NCBI GenBank assembly: GCA_026419515.1 | Contig: JANZZG010000065.1 | Coordinates: forward strand, 8,435-72,434 | Length of the DNA: 64,000 nt | DNA from: Methylophilaceae bacterium | Lineage (GTDB): Bacteria; Pseudomonadota; Gammaproteobacteria; Burkholderiales; Methylophilaceae | Reading direction: 5' to 3' | Part shown: piece by piece, positions 60,217 to 64,000 of the stretch | How positions within the stretch are numbered: position 1 is the stretch's first letter | How the letters are laid out: the number at the start of each line of letters is the position of its first letter | Notes under the pieces: generated by a model | Told to the model about the DNA's origin: nothing | The model's input: the letters and a program-made list of their open reading frames with translations, nothing else | Database searches by the model: none | Position numbers and translations under genes: made by a program

Positions 60217-61679
60217 GTCTCGTGCAGCGAAAACGCGCTCTCAAACATTTACTGCTGCTGCACGATCTGATTTTCGTGCTGCTGGTCGTGCTGGCCGTCG
60301 CGGCAGGTGGCTATGGTCTCCAGCAATGGCATGCCGCTTCGACCGAATCGGAGCGCATCAATCGCATCAGCCAGGAAATCCAGCAGACTCGTGGTGATCT
60401 CTACCGTCAAATGAAAGAACTATTCGATGCCCAGTTTCTGGGGGATGTCGCAGCACAACACGAATACGACGCTTACACCCGCCGTATCGAAGCACAGTTT
60501 GGTCGGCTTGAATCACTCGCCCAAGGGGATGACGAACGCTCCGCCATCACCCGCACACGCGCCGCCTATAGGCAATTCCTCTCGGAAACCCGCCCTTTGC
60601 TCGCAGCAAGATTTCCTGCCCAGGGTCAGTCTTTGGAAAAAGCTTTGAACACTGACCTCGAGCTCAATATCTTCCGCCATTACGAACGCGTGACCACCAC
60701 GGCGGAAAACCTGTTCAGCCGTAAGCAACGAGACATTCAAACCCGCCTTAAACAAGCCAACCGCACTGCCATGATATGGCTGGGCATACCAGTGGCGCTG
60801 GCCATCCTCCTGTTGATACTGTCACGCGCCGCGCTGCAGCGCACCATCGCCAGCCCGCTGGCTCATGTATTGCGTGCCGCCCGGGAAATCAGCAGCGGCA
60901 GGCTGGAGAAAAAAGTTCCGGAAACCGGCGCCGCAGAGCTGGCGGAACTGGCCAGCACCATCAACCGCATGGCAGATGACCTGGCCCGCAGCCAGCAGGC
61001 CCTGTTGCGCAGCGAAAAACAGGCGGCGCAAGGCGCCCTGGTTCCCGTGCTCGCCCACAACATCCGCAACCCGCTCGCCAGTATCCGGGCGACGGCCCAG
61101 GTTTCGGACCATCCCGCCCTGGATGCAGAAACACGTAACGCGCTCAAGGATATCATCGCCACAGTGGATCGCCTGGAACGCTGGACCGGCAGTCTGCTCG
61201 CTTATTTGCATCCACTCAAGCCACAACCGACATCCACCACGCTGGATGCGTTGCTGCGCGGGGCACTCGCTCCGCTCAAGCCAAAACTGCAGGAACGGCA
61301 AATCCAAATCCTCATGCACGGCTGCGATGCCCTTCCCATCGAAGTCGACGTGCACCTCATGGAACAAGCGCTTTACAACCTTCTGCTGAATGCCATCGAA
61401 GCCTCTCCCCAGAATTCCGCCATCGAAATTTCCGCATCGGCAGACGATGATGCAATCCACCTAAACATCGCCGACCGTGGCTGCGGCATGCCCTTCCAGC
61501 CCGAATTCAATGCGCTCGCCCCCGGCCCTTCCACCAAGCGCTTCGGTACGGGATTGGGCATCCCCTTCGCTTTCAAGGTCTGCGAGGCCATGGGTGGTGA
61601 GCTTCGTTTTTCGGCGCGTGAAGGCGGCGGCACGGTGGTCACCCTGACCTGGCAACGCTCAGTCGTCCAAAGGCCATGA
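60213..61679 (+). CDS. Membrane sensor histidine kinase (two TM, HAMP, HisKA, HATPase_c)
   Basis: 488 aa, with H-box LAHNIRNPLASI, N-box LLLNAIEAS and G-boxes DRGCGM / GTGLGIPF. ATGA overlap with the tonB stop. Confidence 0.85.
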   Translation: MSLVQRKRALKHLLLLHDLIFVLLVVLAVAAGGYGLQQWHAASTESERINRISQEIQQTRGDLYRQMKELFDAQFLGDVAAQHEYDAYTRRIEAQFGRLESLAQGDDERSAITRTRAAYRQFLSETRPLLAARFPAQGQSLEKALNTDLELNIFRHYERVTTTAENLFSRKQRDIQTRLKQANRTAMIWLGIPVALAILLLILSRAALQRTIASPLAHVLRAAREISSGRLEKKVPETGAAELAELASTINRMADDLARSQQALLRSEKQAAQGALVPVLAHNIRNPLASIRATAQVSDHPALDAETRNALKDIIATVDRLERWTGSLLAYLHPLKPQPTSTTLDALLRGALAPLKPKLQERQIQILMHGCDALPIEVDVHLMEQALYNLLLNAIEASPQNSAIEISASADDDAIHLNIADRGCGMPFQPEFNALAPGPSTKRFGTGLGIPFAFKVCEAMGGELRFSAREGGGTVVTLTWQRSVVQRP

Positions 61680-62225
61680 GCGCAAGATGACATAGCGCAC
61701 CCCCATCCCCTCTGGAACGGATTGCACCAACGCAAACTGTCGCACAGACCACGTAATGGGCCCCATGGATTGCTGGGGTGGAACGTGCCGCACCTGACGC
61801 AGCAAGGTCAGATGAGGAACGAAGGGCTTGTGATCGAAATGAAACCCGGCCTGGGTAAGCGTCTTGCGTAGCTCCTGGGCCAATTGCAGCAACGCCTCTG
61901 GAGGGCGAGTTGGGAAAGCATACACGATATGGTTGTGTCGCCATGCGGTAATGGCATCGAGCTGCAGTTGGAAACTCTTGGCATGTACATTGGAGAGGAC
62001 CGTGTAAAGTTTAGGCAGACACGGCGTGGGCACGCTCCCCAAAAACAGCAAGGTAAGATGCAGCGTTTCCGTTCGCATCAATCGCCCTTGACAGCCCCGT
62101 TGCTGCTCTATCGCACGGTCGTAGAGCACCTGCTGCACCTCGGCATCGGGCCACAACGCGAGGAAAAGCCGTATCCGCGTCGCTGCCGCAGGTCGACTGC
62201 TCTTGCCTTGGGCGTTATTTTTCAC
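61659..62225 (-). CDS. thpR: RNA 2',3'-cyclic phosphodiesterase (2H phosphoesterase, LigT/ThpR)
   Basis: 188 aa with two HxTx motifs (HLTLLFLG, HLTLLRQV). Confidence 0.8.
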   Translation of the reverse strand: MKNNAQGKSSRPAAATRIRLFLALWPDAEVQQVLYDRAIEQQRGCQGRLMRTETLHLTLLFLGSVPTPCLPKLYTVLSNVHAKSFQLQLDAITAWRHNHIVYAFPTRPPEALLQLAQELRKTLTQAGFHFDHKPFVPHLTLLRQVRHVPPQQSMGPITWSVRQFALVQSVPEGMGVRYVILRSWPLDD

Positions 62226-62260
62226 AACAATGATGGCATTCGCTTTAACATTACCTGAAG

Positions 62261-62716
62261 ATGCTAAACCAGCCCGTCCCGGATTTCGAGCTTCCCGCCA
62301 CAGGGAACCGGACTTTCCAGCTCCACCGCTACCGTGGCAAAAAAATCGTTCTCTACTTCTATCCCAAAGACGCTACACCGGGCTGTACCCTGGAAGGTCA
62401 ACAGTTCAGCACCTTGTATGAGCAGTTTCAGGCGTTGGGTACCGAAGTTTTCGGGATCTCACGCGACAGCCTGAAGTCACACCAGAACTTCAAGGCCAAA
62501 TACGCTTTTCCATTCGACCTATTGAGCGACGCGGATGAAACGGCCTGCACATTGTTTGGCGTCCTCAAGATGAAAAACATGTATGGCAAGCAAGTGCGCG
62601 GCATCGAGCGCAGTACCTTCGTCATCGACGATCAGGGTGTGCTGCGCGGCGCGTGGCGCGGCGTCAAGGCCGATGGCCATGCCCAGGCGGTGCTGGAATT
62701 CGTCCGAACCCTTTGA
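62261..62716 (+). CDS. bcp: Thiol peroxidase Bcp (peroxiredoxin Q type)
   Basis: 151 aa, with FYPKDATPGCTLEG (peroxidatic Cys context). Confidence 0.9.
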   Translation: MLNQPVPDFELPATGNRTFQLHRYRGKKIVLYFYPKDATPGCTLEGQQFSTLYEQFQALGTEVFGISRDSLKSHQNFKAKYAFPFDLLSDADETACTLFGVLKMKNMYGKQVRGIERSTFVIDDQGVLRGAWRGVKADGHAQAVLEFVRTL

Positions 62717-62728
62717 GAGACCTTCTGC

Positions 62729-64000
62729 ATGGCAAAACAGCATAACACCCAAGCCAAGCTATTCGTGCTCGATACCAATGTGCTGATGCACGATCCTTCC
62801 AGCCTGTTCCGCTTCGAAGAGCACGACGTCTACCTGCCCATGGTGACACTGGAAGAACTGGACAACAACAAGAAGGGCGTGACGGAAGTCGCGCGCAATG
62901 CGCGCCAAGCCAGCCGCTTCATCGAAGAAATCATTGGCTCGGTGCCTGAAAACCTGGAGAACGGCTGCCCGCTCTCCAAAAACGGGAATGGTTTTTGTAG
63001 CGGACGCCTATTCCTGCAAACGCATGCGGTCAACACGGATTTGCCCATGTTGGCGGGCAGCAAGGCAGATAATCAAATTCTCGGGGTCATCACTCATCTA
63101 CAAAAGAAATATCCTGGCCGGCAGGTCATTCTGGTCAGCAAGGATATCAACATCCGCATCAAAGCGCGTGCCTTAGGGATTACGGCACAGGATTATTTCA
63201 ATGACAAAGTGCTGGAAGACACCGAGTTACTCTACACTGGCACCAAAGACTTGCCCGAAGACTTCTGGGACAAACATAGCAAGGACATGGCATCATGGCA
63301 GGAATCCGGCCGCATGTTCTATCGCATCAGGGGCCCACTGTGTTCTTCGCTATTGGTCAATCAATTCGTGTGCTACGAATACGAATCCCCCTTGCATGCC
63401 ATCGTACGCAAACAAGAAGGCGATACCGCAATACTGGAAGTCATCAAAGACTACACTCAACCCAAGCACAATGTTTGGGGCATTACGGCACGCAACCGTG
63501 AACAGAATTTCGCCCTCAATCTGCTGATGGACCCCGAAATCGACTTCATCACCTTGTTGGGCCAGGCCGGGACCGGGAAAACCTTGCTGACCCTGGCTGC
63601 TGCCCTATCGCAGACCCTGGACAAAAAAATCTACAGCGAAATCATCATGACACGCGTCACCGTTCCAGTCGGGGAGGACATTGGTTTCCTGCCCGGGACC
63701 GAAGAAGAAAAAATGACCCCCTGGATGGGGGCGCTGGAAGACAACCTGGACGTGCTCAATAAAACCGACGAAGATGCTGGCGATTGGGGGCGAGCCGCCA
63801 CCCAGGACCTGATCCGCACGCGCATCAAAGTGAAATCCATGAACTTCATGCGCGGTCGCACCTTTCTGCACAAATTCCTCATCATCGACGAGGCCCAAAA
63901 CTTGACCCCAAAACAGATGAAAACGCTGATCACCCGAGCTGGCCCCGGCACCAAAGTCGTCTGCTTGGGCAACATAGCCCAGATCGACACGCCTTATCTC
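62729..64000 (+). CDS. PIN-domain plus PhoH-like ATPase (YlaK family); the 3' end is beyond the window
   Basis: Hand translation from ATG 62729 reads MAKQHNTQAKLFVLDTNVLMHDPSSLFRFEEHDVYLPMVTLEELD (PIN), then LLGQAGTGKTLL (Walker A) near 63.55 kb. Open to the window edge, hence absent from the ORF track. Confidence 0.85.
   Translation, partial: MAKQHNTQAKLFVLDTNVLMHDPSSLFRFEEHDVYLPMVTLEELDNNKKGVTEVARNARQASRFIEEIIGSVPENLENGCPLSKNGNGFCSGRLFLQTHAVNTDLPMLAGSKADNQILGVITHLQKKYPGRQVILVSKDINIRIKARALGITAQDYFNDKVLEDTELLYTGTKDLPEDFWDKHSKDMASWQESGRMFYRIRGPLCSSLLVNQFVCYEYESPLHAIVRKQEGDTAILEVIKDYTQPKHNVWGITARNREQNFALNLLMDPEIDFITLLGQAGTGKTLLTLAAALSQTLDKKIYSEIIMTRVTVPVGEDIGFLPGTEEEKMTPWMGALEDNLDVLNKTDEDAGDWGRAATQDLIRTRIKVKSMNFMRGRTFLHKFLIIDEAQNLTPKQMKTLITRAGPGTKVVCLGNIAQIDTPYL

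Overview
High-GC (about 60%) chromosomal segment with betaproteobacterial synteny; this assignment is inferred from gene order only. Most of the window is conserved core. On the minus strand, 1-17.5 kb holds a complete dcw cell-wall/division cluster (mraZ-rsmH-ftsL-ftsI-murE-murF-mraY-murD-ftsW-murG-murC-murB-ddl-ftsQ-ftsA-ftsZ), with an MraZ-box promoter and an RNase P RNA gene upstream. On the plus strand follow mlaFEDCB, an ABC-2 exporter pair, bolA-grxD, murA, hisGDCBHAFIE, a HIT protein and tatABC. Next come a DegS-type protease, Nif3, rpmE and an ArnT-like glycosyltransferase. From 37 to 51 kb lies a molybdenum/tungsten-enzyme island. It holds an Fdh1-type NAD-linked formate dehydrogenase (fused NuoE-NuoF beta subunit plus Cys-type alpha subunit). 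Divergent from it is an aorABC-type aldehyde oxidoreductase operon with a MoaD-like gene and an unknown 94-aa gene. A Mop-less ModE-like regulator and moaA-fdhD-mobA-mobB-moeA complete the island. After that come a TonB-dependent receptor, an isolated flhBA pair, a SoxY-SoxZ fusion carrier / cytochrome b561 / SoxH-like metallohydrolase module, tonB translationally coupled to an orphan sensor kinase, thpR, bcp and a partial PIN-PhoH gene. No CRISPR array, tRNA, rRNA, transposase or integrase was seen. The most unusual sequence-level observation concerns the two mraZ-to-ftsQ junctions that are not stop/start overlapped (ftsW|murG and mraY|murD). Both carry duplicated copies of the upstream gene's 3' end, and these copies form small in-frame ORFs; at ftsW|murG the ORFs are chained to both neighbours by ATGA overlaps. 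The best candidates for under-described biology are the SoxYZ-fusion/cyt b561/metallohydrolase module without any quinoprotein or Sox enzyme nearby, and the two GG-terminated small proteins at the end of the aor operon. All functional calls rest on reading the translated ORFs and recognising motifs; no database search was run.
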